Assembly: GCA_005223075.1 (NCBI GenBank)
Contig: NJBO01000003.1
Span: 81,555 to 145,554 of the forward strand
DNA length: 64,000 bases
Direction of reading: 5' to 3'
Source: a candidate division TA06 bacterium B3_TA06
Lineage (GTDB): Bacteria; Hydrothermota; Tepidihabitantia; B3-TA06
Part shown: piece by piece, positions 27,476-37,600 of the stretch
How the letters are laid out: the number at the start of each line of letters is the position of its first letter
Position numbering within the stretch: position 1 is the stretch's first letter
Notes under the pieces: model-generated
Seen by the model: only the letters and a program-made list of their open reading frames with translations
Databases searched by the model: none
What the model was told of the DNA's origin: nothing
Made by a program: the position numbers and the translations under genes

Positions 27476-27713
27476 TGCCTGCCTCTCTCAATTCCTTCAA
27501 CCCATTAAGAATCTCTTCTTTGGTAAATCTACTGCTATAAAAAAGGGAACGTAAAAGACCCATAACATCGGCATCGATCCGCAAAATGTCAAGTTCTTTA
27601 AAGAACTCCGCAACTAATTCCTTGCCTGTTTTTATGTCGGAAGCCTTCTCTCGCTCTTGTTCGCCCATTCCTATTTTCGGCTGTTCTTTTGTCTCGCCTG
27701 AAGATTCGGTCAT
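27468..27713 (-). CDS. Small helical hypothetical protein overlapping the ATPase start
   Basis: 81 aa; SD AAAGAGG; promoter TTGACA..TATAGT at ~27758-27786; 8-bp overlap with the ATPase. Confidence 0.7.
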   Translation of the reverse strand: MTESSGETKEQPKIGMGEQEREKASDIKTGKELVAEFFKELDILRIDADVMGLLRSLFYSSRFTKEEILNGLKELREAGNG

Positions 27714-27921
27714 TTAATATCCTCTTTTTTGCCGATCTGCCAACCTCATAAGGAAATACTATACACTTAGACTATCCTTTTGTCAAGCCCCTTTGCCTAA
27801 AATTGCGACTTTAAGAAATTGCCTCTCTGAGATTTCAGAGCAGGATTAGGGCAAGGAATTGGTGCAAAAGTGGTGCAATTTTGGTGCAGGGGCTTAGGGT
27901 GAAATTATGGTGGGCGATAGT

Positions 27922-30900
27922 CTATCCCTTGCAGGGATTTCCCTTTCCTTCAACGATCTCGATTTCCTCAGGGGTTAAGGCATAAAGCTTGTAGACAAGG
28001 CGGTCAATCTCGCGGTCAGTTTCGGCGATCTCAGTTACGACCGGCGTGAGTTTGTTTTTGTATTTATCAAAACCTTTTGAGAGGAGCTCGTAGTTCCTGG
28101 GTTCGCGGGTGTTGAAGGCAAGCTTGCGGTTCTTTGCGATAAGGTCGGCAAGGGCGTTGGCATCGTCAAGCTTCTCAAGGCCGCGGATGCGCTCCCTGCC
28201 CGAAAGCTCAGCGAGCTTTGCCCCTATAAGGTGCTCCAGCCAGCCGGAGTATTCTTTAACTATCTCCTGCTTGCGCTTGTGCAGGTCAAGCATAGCTTGT
28301 ACAAGCTCAACCATATCGTTGTGCATCTTCTTGTCTTCGGGCTTGGAGAAGTCGATTGTGCGGATGGGCATAGACTCTACTTCGTTTGTTCCCACGTTGT
28401 TATTCGTACTTGTGATCTTAAATCTCCACTGGAACAACTTTGAATTTAACAAACCCATTAAATAATAAAGATCGTACTCCGTCCTAACATTCAAAGTAAT
28501 GGAATTTGTAGAATCCGCAAAATAGGTCGGTGGCTTTATAATCATTGCAACGATTCGCCATTTTTCATCAACTCCCGTTATTCTTTGAGTTGCTATACGA
28601 CGCTTGAATACTTCTTCAGGAATAGAATTTCCATCCTCCAAAAATTTCTTCTCATCGAACCATTCCCTTTCACCTTGACTTAACACATCTTGGAAATAGT
28701 ATCTCCCAATTTCCACTCCTTTCAATAATCTAGACATACTGGAATCACTGGTAATGAACTTGCTATATATTGTTTGATTGATTTCTCCTCTTCTTACATC
28801 AAAAGTATCTTCTTCTGCTAATCTTACAATACCTTCGGTTAGGTACATTTTCCGACAAACCTCCCAGTTACTCTGGTCAACTAAAGGAATAGGAATATTA
28901 TTTGGATCGAGCAATACCAAATCATCAAATTTGATTAAAGCCTCACGACATTCATCTTCAAAGCTGTTTCCAGGAAACACCCGGATATGAATTTGAGTCA
29001 TTTTGGGTGATTGAGGTTCGTTCATACAAGTAACAATCGTTGTGGACAGTTTTGCATCCTTAAAAATTCTCCGTTTAGAATTATCTTTTTGCGGGAAACA
29101 ATCTGCTAATAATTCGCAGGTTGAAAGCATCAAATTACGTCGCGCTTTTGAGCAACTTATATCTGCAACCAAAGATAAAGGCACAATCATACCAAATCGA
29201 TCCCCTCGTTGTAAAAGCCCTAATGCTCTTACAATAAATAATCGGTACAGATTAAGCTTACCACCTAGCGCTGCCTCGTACAGAGGGATATTCTTTACAT
29301 AATCACCCAATTCTTTATGGGGGCTAGAGATTCCTTTCCTTTCCTTCTCAAGAACGTCATACGGCGGATTCCCTATCACCGCGTCGAAGCCGGGATTGGC
29401 AAGCGGCCTGCCGTGCTTATCGAAAAACACTTCTGGAAACTCAAGCTCCCAGTGGAAAAAGTGATGCTTGTTCCAGAGCTTAGTTGCTTTATCCACCCAC
29501 TTTTCGCGCTCCAGCGCGGCAAATGCCTTTTTATCGTCTTGCCTCAGCGCTTCCACAAGCCGCGAGTAGTCCTTCGGCTTGACCTCGTTCCCGAAGTAGG
29601 TGGAGACCCAGACGTCGGCGGCCTGGCGAAAAGGTTTCATCATCCCCCGCGCCTGCTTGAGCCGCTTTATCTTGTCATCTATCTGGTCAATGGTATCCGA
29701 AGGCTCGTCCTCAATTTGCTTATAATAGACTATCGTGCGTGCCGAGTAGTGTTCAACTATCTGCTGAAACAGCGAGCCGGTTTTCTCGCCCGGCAGGTTG
29801 CCAAGCTCTGCAACCTTTGCGCCGATAAGCGAATCTCCAGGACGCAGGTGATGGTCAAGGAAGGAAAGCGGCTTGTTCGCGGCCACGGTTGAAAGCCACA
29901 AGGAAAGCTTGGCAAGCTCCACAGCAAGCGGGTTCTTATCCACCCCGAAGATGCAGCGCTCTATAATCAAACGCTTTGCCTTGCCGATCTCGTCCTCCGT
30001 TTCCTCAATCTCCTTAACTCCCAGAAGCTTGGGGGCAAGGAAATCGGTTGCCTCAACCAGAAAGTGTCCCGAACCCATTGCCGGGTCGAGCACACGGAGC
30101 GAAAGGAGTTCCTTCTCTTTAATGTCCTTGGTCAGCGGTTCAAGGGTGTGCTCGACAATGTATTTCACGATGTAGTCCGGCGTGTAGTAAGAGCCTGTGG
30201 CCTTGCGGTCGCCCCGCTCTGTCACGGGGTAGTATTCCCCTTTCCCTACGCTGTCCGTAGTTTTGCTTATCTCCTCTTCTTTGCGTTCCCGCAAGGGCTT
30301 CCATTGCTCTTTCTTTCCCTTTTTTACCGCGACCATCGGCTCAGAGGCAACCTCAAGATGATTTTCTAAAAGCCCCTCGTATATGCTCCCAAGGTCCCTG
30401 ATTTTCAAGCTCGAATAGTCAATGAACTCCTTTTTTGGCGTAGTCTTTGTCTGGGGTCTGGATAAAAGGTCAATAACCTCGGCAAGCCAGCGGTCGCCTA
30501 TTTTGTACTTCTTGAGGAACTCGTGCTGATTGTCATCGAAGAGACCACCGTTATAAGGGGCAATACCCAGGTCTTTTTCCCCCTGGTCTATAAGTGTTGA
30601 AAGGGCAGATAGTTTGCCCCACAGCATAGGTATGCTGCCGCCGTAAGGCGGCCCGTCCTTCCTTGCGTATATCTCCTCCTTCATACTCTCCAGGCTGTAG
30701 TGTTGAAGGTAGCTTCTGTTAGAGATTGGCAGGAGCAACTTATCTTCGGCGTAGAGTATAAACAAGAGACGGTAGAGAAGAACAAAGCAGTTTTCGCGTA
30801 TAAGCTCCTTGTCGCGCACAGGCTCCAAGCGGTTTTCTTTAAACTCCACGAATCCCTGAGCGAGTATTCGAAGCGCCTTGTAAACGTTGTCCTTAAGCTC

Positions 30901-31647
30901 CGCGCCGACGGCTTCAGCGTAACGGACTGAGCCGTCAAGCACGTAGTCGAGAAATCGCGGGAATGCTTGACAGCGAAAGAACATGTAGAAATACTTAAAG
31001 GCTTCAAGTTGTTCATCACGGCTTACGCCTGCTGCAAAGAGGGGCCCGTCGGAGTTTATTAGGCTTACAAGATTAACCTCGTAGTAGCGGTCAAGGTGTT
31101 TGCTTTGTTCCCGCTCATACAAACGCCAGATTCGCCCGTTAGTGAGTATGCCCCAACGTACCTCGCTATAGAGAAGATACAGGTGCATTTGGTAGGCAGG
31201 GTTGCGGTACTCGAAATCAAACAGGTCGGGCTCGTAACGCGATGAAAGGTCTAATTTGCGATTCCAATGCTTGGCTTCGCAAAGACCTATTGCTTTGTTG
31301 AAAAGCTCCCATTCCTTGCCCTTTTCCGTAGAGGCTTTCTTTTTTGCAGATTCCGTGTCGAATAACGCATAATCGGGCCTTCTGATGCCTTCGGCGGTTT
31401 TCTCTCGCGGTTGAACAATGTAATGGTGACCGAGTATTTCGAGTATGGGCCTGATGAAGTCGTTTTCCAGTTGAGGTTCGCTTAAAGCGGGGAGTCTCGT
31501 TAAATTCTCCTTATAGAGCTTGGAGATACCTTCAAAGGCTTCTTCAATCCCTTCGTGATCCCGCCATTCTCTTTCTTCTGGTAGTATTTCTTCAAGGTAG
31601 TGGTTTGAGAAGAGGTCTTGATTGGTGTGTAAAGAATTGGTACCCAT
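27922..31647 (-). CDS. Type IIG restriction-modification enzyme (Eco57I/TaqI-C-like; fused endonuclease, N6-adenine methyltransferase and specificity domain)
   Basis: PD..EAK nuclease motif, ILTNG, GSYYTP, LDPAMGSGHFL, FHWELEFPEVF, GNPPY and TaqI-like C-terminus (LNSKL). Confidence 0.92.
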   Translation of the reverse strand: MGTNSLHTNQDLFSNHYLEEILPEEREWRDHEGIEEAFEGISKLYKENLTRLPALSEPQLENDFIRPILEILGHHYIVQPREKTAEGIRRPDYALFDTESAKKKASTEKGKEWELFNKAIGLCEAKHWNRKLDLSSRYEPDLFDFEYRNPAYQMHLYLLYSEVRWGILTNGRIWRLYEREQSKHLDRYYEVNLVSLINSDGPLFAAGVSRDEQLEAFKYFYMFFRCQAFPRFLDYVLDGSVRYAEAVGAELKDNVYKALRILAQGFVEFKENRLEPVRDKELIRENCFVLLYRLLFILYAEDKLLLPISNRSYLQHYSLESMKEEIYARKDGPPYGGSIPMLWGKLSALSTLIDQGEKDLGIAPYNGGLFDDNQHEFLKKYKIGDRWLAEVIDLLSRPQTKTTPKKEFIDYSSLKIRDLGSIYEGLLENHLEVASEPMVAVKKGKKEQWKPLRERKEEEISKTTDSVGKGEYYPVTERGDRKATGSYYTPDYIVKYIVEHTLEPLTKDIKEKELLSLRVLDPAMGSGHFLVEATDFLAPKLLGVKEIEETEDEIGKAKRLIIERCIFGVDKNPLAVELAKLSLWLSTVAANKPLSFLDHHLRPGDSLIGAKVAELGNLPGEKTGSLFQQIVEHYSARTIVYYKQIEDEPSDTIDQIDDKIKRLKQARGMMKPFRQAADVWVSTYFGNEVKPKDYSRLVEALRQDDKKAFAALEREKWVDKATKLWNKHHFFHWELEFPEVFFDKHGRPLANPGFDAVIGNPPYDVLEKERKGISSPHKELGDYVKNIPLYEAALGGKLNLYRLFIVRALGLLQRGDRFGMIVPLSLVADISCSKARRNLMLSTCELLADCFPQKDNSKRRIFKDAKLSTTIVTCMNEPQSPKMTQIHIRVFPGNSFEDECREALIKFDDLVLLDPNNIPIPLVDQSNWEVCRKMYLTEGIVRLAEEDTFDVRRGEINQTIYSKFITSDSSMSRLLKGVEIGRYYFQDVLSQGEREWFDEKKFLEDGNSIPEEVFKRRIATQRITGVDEKWRIVAMIIKPPTYFADSTNSITLNVRTEYDLYYLMGLLNSKLFQWRFKITSTNNNVGTNEVESMPIRTIDFSKPEDKKMHNDMVELVQAMLDLHKRKQEIVKEYSGWLEHLIGAKLAELSGRERIRGLEKLDDANALADLIAKNRKLAFNTREPRNYELLSKGFDKYKNKLTPVVTEIAETDREIDRLVYKLYALTPEEIEIVEGKGNPCKG

Positions 31648-32522
31648 GTCTACCCCCAGTATATCTAACTATAAGAGTACGTCAAGCATATTCCCCTTCA
31701 CCCCGCAGCAGTGTAGCACTAACCAGCAGGCGCGAGGCAGGGCTGCTTGTCTAAAAAGCGTTCCAAGGCTCAGGCGAAAACCGACTTTAAGAAGATAGAG
31801 GACGAAGTTAAGAAAACAGAAGAGGAGCAAGCTAGACTTGTCAAAATACGCAAAGAACAAGACAAGGAAGCCTGCCAAGACTTTATTATTTGAGATGATT
31901 AGATTTAGGGAAATAAAAATGCCCATAAATAACTGCCAGGGGAAGGAATTATTAAGTTGCGCAATTGCGCCACTTAGTAAACGCAAGCGTATTTATTGGT
32001 TTATTGGAAAAAATGGGGGAAATGGTGGATAAATCTATAATTAAGGAATAAATACAGCAAACTCAAGGCGACACTACGTCTATTGCTATCCCGTATTGAT
32101 GATTCCCTTCCCGCTCTATAGCCTTTCTTTCCTTCCGCACTTCCGAGCCTGCTGATTGCGATTACTTCGTGGCATACGGTTTTAATGAAGAAGAATTAAA
32201 AAACGCTCAAACTTGATAAATACATCATAGACACCATGCGTGGAGCTTGCGTGGAAGGGGGCTTGACACGAAGGAAATAGGGACTATTCTTATATCAACA
32301 ATGGGAATTCAAATGAATAAAAGACAAATTTTTTTCATCATCGCGATAGCCGTTGGCATATTGTTGCTGATTCTCCTTGCGAAGAAAATGGGAACGGTTA
32401 CGGATCAGCCTGTACTGCGAAGGAAATCGAGACACAAAAGGACACGTGAGGAAAGAGAGATAGGGCGATTAAACGTTAAGTCCCTTGACATCCGGGCAGG
32501 TGCGGATAGAATACCCGTAGAC

Positions 32523-33578
32523 GTGGGCATCTACCGTAGGGAAAACGGGATGCTCTACGTGCGTGTAATGATTGACGGAAAGCTTATCCGCCGGTCTCTG
32601 GAGACTCGAAAAGAGTCTGAGGCTCTATTGAAAATCCGGAGTGTAATTATGGCTGCCTTGGAAGGTCAAAAAGCAAAGGAAGTCCCGACGCTTGCAGAGT
32701 TCACTAAGACCTATCTAGCCTACAGTAAACGCCAGTACTCAAAAAGCACCTATGCAAGGAACCTTTGCAGGATGTCGAAGCTCATAGAGAACTTTGGCTC
32801 TATGAGGCTTGACCAGATAGACAAGCGGGCGATTAAACTCCACTCTCAGAAACGTCTGCAGGAAGTGTCCCCAGCATCGGTGAACTGTGAACGGTCGTTG
32901 CTAAGCTCCATAATGGAGTATGCCTGTGAGCTTGACTTCATTCAAGAGAATCCTGTCAGGAAAGTAAAGAAGCTTAGGGAATCCCCAGGCCGAGAACGCT
33001 ATCTGACCCCAGACGAAATCAAACGGCTCCTTGACGCCTGCAAGGCGCTAAGCGAACGGAAAGGCGTTGGACACAACCCAATCCTGTATGAGATTGTCTT
33101 AACCGCTATCCTCACCGGCTTACGTAAAGGTAATCTACAGAACCTGAAGTGGAGTCAAGTGGATTTTAAGACAGGGAATATCATTATCCCCGCCGGTGAA
33201 CACAAAAACCGCAAGCCGCTCTACTTCCCGATTAACCCCTACTTGCAGGAGATATTGTCAGGACTAAGGCATAACTACCCTTACGCTGAATACGTCTTCT
33301 GCAAGGCTGACGGCACTGAATATGGAGATTGGAAAAGGAGCTTTAACACCGCGTGCGAAACAGCCGGTTTAGAGGACGTTCGCTTCCACGACTTAAGGCA
33401 TACATGTGGAACCCTTCTGAACATGCTGGGTACGAACCAATATACTATCCGTGCGCTTATGGGACACCGCACATTAGCTGCGTCCAAGCGATACGTCCAC
33501 ACCCCGCCTGAAACAGTCAGAGAAGCGTCTAACGCTTTAGGAGACCGCCTGAGACGTATCCTAGACGGCAGCGACTAA
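32523..33578 (+). CDS. Tyrosine recombinase/integrase of the island (likely GTG start; frame open from ATG 32301)
   Basis: Complete R(GLRKG)-K-HDLRH-MGH-Y catalytic set; promoter TTGACA-16-TAGAAT at 32485-32512. Confidence 0.93.
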   Translation: MGIYRRENGMLYVRVMIDGKLIRRSLETRKESEALLKIRSVIMAALEGQKAKEVPTLAEFTKTYLAYSKRQYSKSTYARNLCRMSKLIENFGSMRLDQIDKRAIKLHSQKRLQEVSPASVNCERSLLSSIMEYACELDFIQENPVRKVKKLRESPGRERYLTPDEIKRLLDACKALSERKGVGHNPILYEIVLTAILTGLRKGNLQNLKWSQVDFKTGNIIIPAGEHKNRKPLYFPINPYLQEILSGLRHNYPYAEYVFCKADGTEYGDWKRSFNTACETAGLEDVRFHDLRHTCGTLLNMLGTNQYTIRALMGHRTLAASKRYVHTPPETVREASNALGDRLRRILDGSD

Positions 33579-33650
33579 CACACCTATTGACACAGCCCCG
33601 ATTTGGGCAGATGTAAGTTAAGGAATTAGGTGGCTTTGCATTCCGGTAAT

Positions 33651-33697
33651 CGCTTTCGTAAAGCGTAGGCCGGTGGTTCGAATCCACTCGTCGGCTT
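33651..33697 (+). other. attR: duplicated 3' half of tRNA-Thr
   Basis: Identical to 24397-24443. Confidence 0.95.
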
Positions 33698-33701
33698 ACA
33701 G

Positions 33702-33730
33702 CCGGGCCACAAGGCCCGGTTCACCTTTAT
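33702..33730 (+). terminator. Hairpin after attR (probable original tRNA terminator)
   Basis: CCGGGCC-ACAA-GGCCCGG followed by TTCACCTTT. Confidence 0.6.
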
Positions 33731-33858
33731 TGGTGAACGGGAGTTACTTGACAATAAAGCCCAACCGCTCTATACTGCCAAACCGAAGAGCAAACCTTTT
33801 GGGTCGCTTGTAGCGTCGAATAACGGTACAGATTCTAACAATTGAGGAGGAGAAAAGA

Positions 33859-34575
33859 ATGTATACCTTGATATTTCTCTTTATCGTGGGAGCAACCCCA
33901 CATCAAGCCGTGGATGCGGACAGAGACGGCTTCCCTGACGCGGCAGAGCTTAAAACATCAGCCGACCGCCACAACTTCCGCCGATGGTTTGTAACCATAG
34001 CGCTATCAAGACACCTTAACCCGCGAGATGACATCAGAGACTGCGCGGGCCTTGTTCTGTATTCATACAGGGAGGCACTCAAGTCCCATGACGAGGATTG
34101 GCGCGCGCAGTTCGGCGAGCTCTTAGACCCCTCGATCCCGGAGATCGCGGCGTTTCACTACCCGAAGGTTCCCTACATCTGGACAGAGATCTTTCGCCTG
34201 GCCGACGGTCCGTATGAGCCGGGCGACCGCGAGAGGGGCAAGCTGGGCAACTTTGCCGACGTTCCGCATCTTATGAATTACCATACGGTAAAGCTCACGA
34301 GAAGGTTAGACGATGGTGTGCTGGCAGGGGATTTGTTGTTCTTCACGCCAAAAGACAAGTCCTCGCACGTGATGATCTACCTACAGATCAAGGGTGAACC
34401 CCACTTGCTTTACCACACCGGGCCAGGGGATTATGAGTATTCTGGTGAAGAGAAGGCGGGGGAGATGAGATTGGTTAAGTTTGAGACGCTTATGTCACTT
34501 GACGAGGGGACCTGGCGGCCGGATGAGGCGAATCCAGCCTTTGCCGGGTTCTACATGTTCAAGATACTGGACTGA
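33859..34575 (+). CDS. DUF1175 (YfaT-like) protein
   Basis: FRRWFV.IA, DCAGLV...YREAL, GDLLFF, HVMI, YHTG, WRP...NP.F.GFY.FKIL; located upstream of alpha-2-macroglobulin. Confidence 0.85.
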   Translation: MYTLIFLFIVGATPHQAVDADRDGFPDAAELKTSADRHNFRRWFVTIALSRHLNPRDDIRDCAGLVLYSYREALKSHDEDWRAQFGELLDPSIPEIAAFHYPKVPYIWTEIFRLADGPYEPGDRERGKLGNFADVPHLMNYHTVKLTRRLDDGVLAGDLLFFTPKDKSSHVMIYLQIKGEPHLLYHTGPGDYEYSGEEKAGEMRLVKFETLMSLDEGTWRPDEANPAFAGFYMFKILD

Positions 34576-34698
34576 CTGAACGTCTCTCGGAGGCTCCAGT
34601 CTCCGAGAGGCTTCAGAAGACGAGGGCCGAAGGCCCGAGTCTTAACTAAGATTGGATAATTTGAAAAGATATTGCCACTGCCCAGAAAGGAGGGTATC

Positions 34699-37600
34699 GT
34701 GAAAGTTCTTGCTTTGCTTGCCACCTTAACGGGAGGGCTTTTTGCCCACCCCTACATTCACCTCTCAACCTCCCGGATATACTCACCCGGGGAGGAAACA
34801 GAGATCCGACTGGAAACCAGAGACTTGGACGTAATCCACTTCCGATTGTACGCAATCGAGGACCCGATAGATTTCTTCGAAGCTCAGAAGAACATGCGCT
34901 CGCCCAGGGTGCGGGGCAAGGCCAAGCCTGTCAACTTCTTCCACATGCTGGAAGGCCTTGGCGATAGAACCAAGCGCAACACCCGCTATCTTGCCCGCGA
35001 GATGATGAGTAAGGAAAGCCGCATAGGGTTAAGGGATTATCTCGGTCTTCCACCGCTCGAGAAGAAGGAGGCCGAAACACCCGAACGCTTCGGGCCATCG
35101 AGTATCCCAAGGCTTGAGGGATACGAGGTGCTTCGGGAGTGGTCTATGGGGTTCGAGAAAAAGAAGAAGGATAAGGACGACTATTACTACTACGGTCGCT
35201 ATCATTACGAGACCATAGACCTTGAGATCACCAAGCCTGGCGTCTACCTTGTTGAGGCCTACTACGGGACGCGCGTTGCCTACACCCCTGTGGTAGTTTC
35301 AGAGATGTCTGTGGTAACCAAGCAAGACCCTCGGGAGGTATACGTCTTCGCAGTGAACGCAGAAGACGGCAAGCCTCGCCGAGGGGCAGTGGTGGTGGTG
35401 CTTTCGGACACCAACCGGATAGCCACCGGCCGCACCGACGGCAAGGGACTCTTCCATACCTCCTTCGACACCACCCGGTTAAGGGTGCTGGTCCAGGACG
35501 GCGATAACTTCGCGCTCCTGGATAAGTACTACTACTATTCCGATGAGAAGGATCAGGACGGGGCAATAAAGGTCTATCTGCACACCGAACGACCCATCTA
35601 CCGGCCTGAGCAGACCGTCTACTTCAAGGGAGTAGTCCGGCGGATGCGCCGCGGCACCTACCGTACCCCTGCAGGCGATGAGGTCGAGGTGGTGGTGACA
35701 GATCCAGAGGGCAACGAGATCTACCGACACACCCTCGCCAGTGACTCCTGGGGTGCGTTTGCGGACTCGTTGATAGTGCCCTCATCATCACGTCTGGGAA
35801 GATATACGTTAAGCGCCACCCTGGAGGAAACTTACCACTCGGTTCAGTTCCGGGTGGAGGAGTACCGCAAGCCCTCCTACAAGGTGGAGGTTGAGCTAGA
35901 CGCCGAGCAGTACGTGCAGGGCGATACGGTAAAGATCGAGGTGGCGGCCGACTACTTCTTCGGCGCTCCGGTTGCCAAGGCGGAGACCAAGCTGAAGATA
36001 TACCGACGCGAGCACCATCGCTACTACTGGTACGGCACCTCCTACATGGACGAGCTTGCCGGCAAGACCGACTCGCAGGGCCGCATCACCTTCACCTACG
36101 TCACACCCAAGAAGGACCGCAACTACCGCTACACCTTCGAGGCGCAGGTGCGGGACGAATCCCGTCGTGCTGAATCCGGTGAGGCCTCGGCGTTCGTGGC
36201 CTCCTCCGCGGTGCTGGTTGACCTGAAACCCACCCGCTACGTGGTGGAGCCTGGCGAGAAGCTTGAGATCGACATTCACACCCACGATATCCTCAATAAA
36301 CCTGTTCCCGGCACGGTCGAGATAGTAGTTTACCGGCATTACTGGGACAAGGAGGACAAGGTCCTCGCCCGCAGAACCATGTCCGTGGGCAAGATAGGAT
36401 TCACCACCTTCACCTTCACCCCCAGCCAAGCAGGCCCCTACTATGTTATAGCGAAGGCCAAGGACAAGCAAGGCAACCAGAGCGAGGAGAAACGCTGGTT
36501 CTACTCCTCCGAGCGCGGCGGCTACTACACCTGGAAAACCGACAGAATCCAGATCATCTTCGATGCAGAAACCTACGAGGTGGGTGACTGGGCCGAGGCG
36601 CTGGTGATAACCCCTTACGAGAACGCCAGCATAATCGCATCACTTGAGGCGGACAATCTGTACGACGTTGACATAATCGAACTTGAGGGGAACACCGCGA
36701 TGCTGCGCTTCAAGGTTCGCTCCGAGTTCGTGCCTAACGTGTTCCTTTCGGTGTGCGGGATTTATGAAGGGGAGTTCTTCGAACACAAGGAGAAGATGCT
36801 CGTGAACCGCAAAGCAAGGATGCTCACGGTGGAGCTTGTCCCTGAGAGACAGCGCTACGAGCCGGGCGAGCGGGCCAAGTTGAACGTGCTGGTCAAGGAC
36901 GTCCGTGGCAAACCCATCAAGGCGGATATCTCTCTTGCCGTGGTGGACGAGGCGCTCTACTCGCTTGCCGCAGAGATCGCACCATCAATCGAGGACTACT
37001 TCTACGGCGAGCGTGCCGATCAGGTTGCCACCTCTTCCTCTGTATACTACTCATTCTACGGCTACGAGCGGCAATATCAGATGCTTTCTGCCGCGGCAGC
37101 GGACAGCGTGGTGCTTGCCGCCTACAAGGGACGCGAAGAACCGAAGGTGCGCAAGAAGTTCAAGGACGTGGCATACTGGAACGCGTTTGTGAGAACAGAC
37201 GGCTCTGGCCGCGCACAGGTTGAGTTAATCTGGCCAGATAACCTAACCACCTGGCGAGCCACTGCACGCGCAATCAGCATGGACACCAAGGTTGGCGAGT
37301 CGCGAGAAAAGATCTTGGTGACCAAGGACCTTCTGGTTCGCATCATCCCGCCCAGGTTCGTAACCGAGCGAGACAGCCTTCTCATACCCACCATCGTCCA
37401 CAACTACACGCGCACATCCCAGGAGGTCAAGCTCTCCTTCTCGGTCAAAGGGTTAAAACTTTTCGACAACACCGCCCATACTGACACCATCCAGCCAGGC
37501 AGCACCTTCCGTGTGGACTGGCCGGTAAGATGCGAGGTGCCGGGTGACGTCACCCTTACCGCCAAGGCCATCGGCAGCAGTGCCTCCGACGCGATGGAGC

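Larger units (their letters stand above)
24397..33697. mobile_element. Genomic (defence) island integrated in the 3' half of tRNA-Thr(CGT)
   Basis: Identical 47-bp direct repeat at 24397-24443 and 33651-33697; intact integrase at the right end; AT-rich cargo. Confidence 0.95.

Noticed and set aside
31669..32246. Short ORFs between the R-M gene and the integrase
   Set aside because: No recognisable motifs, low complexity and interrupted frames; possibly decayed DNA, not supportable as genes.
33651..33697. Second tRNA-Thr gene
   Set aside because: Only the 3' 47 bp are present, with no 5' acceptor strand or D-arm; it is attR.
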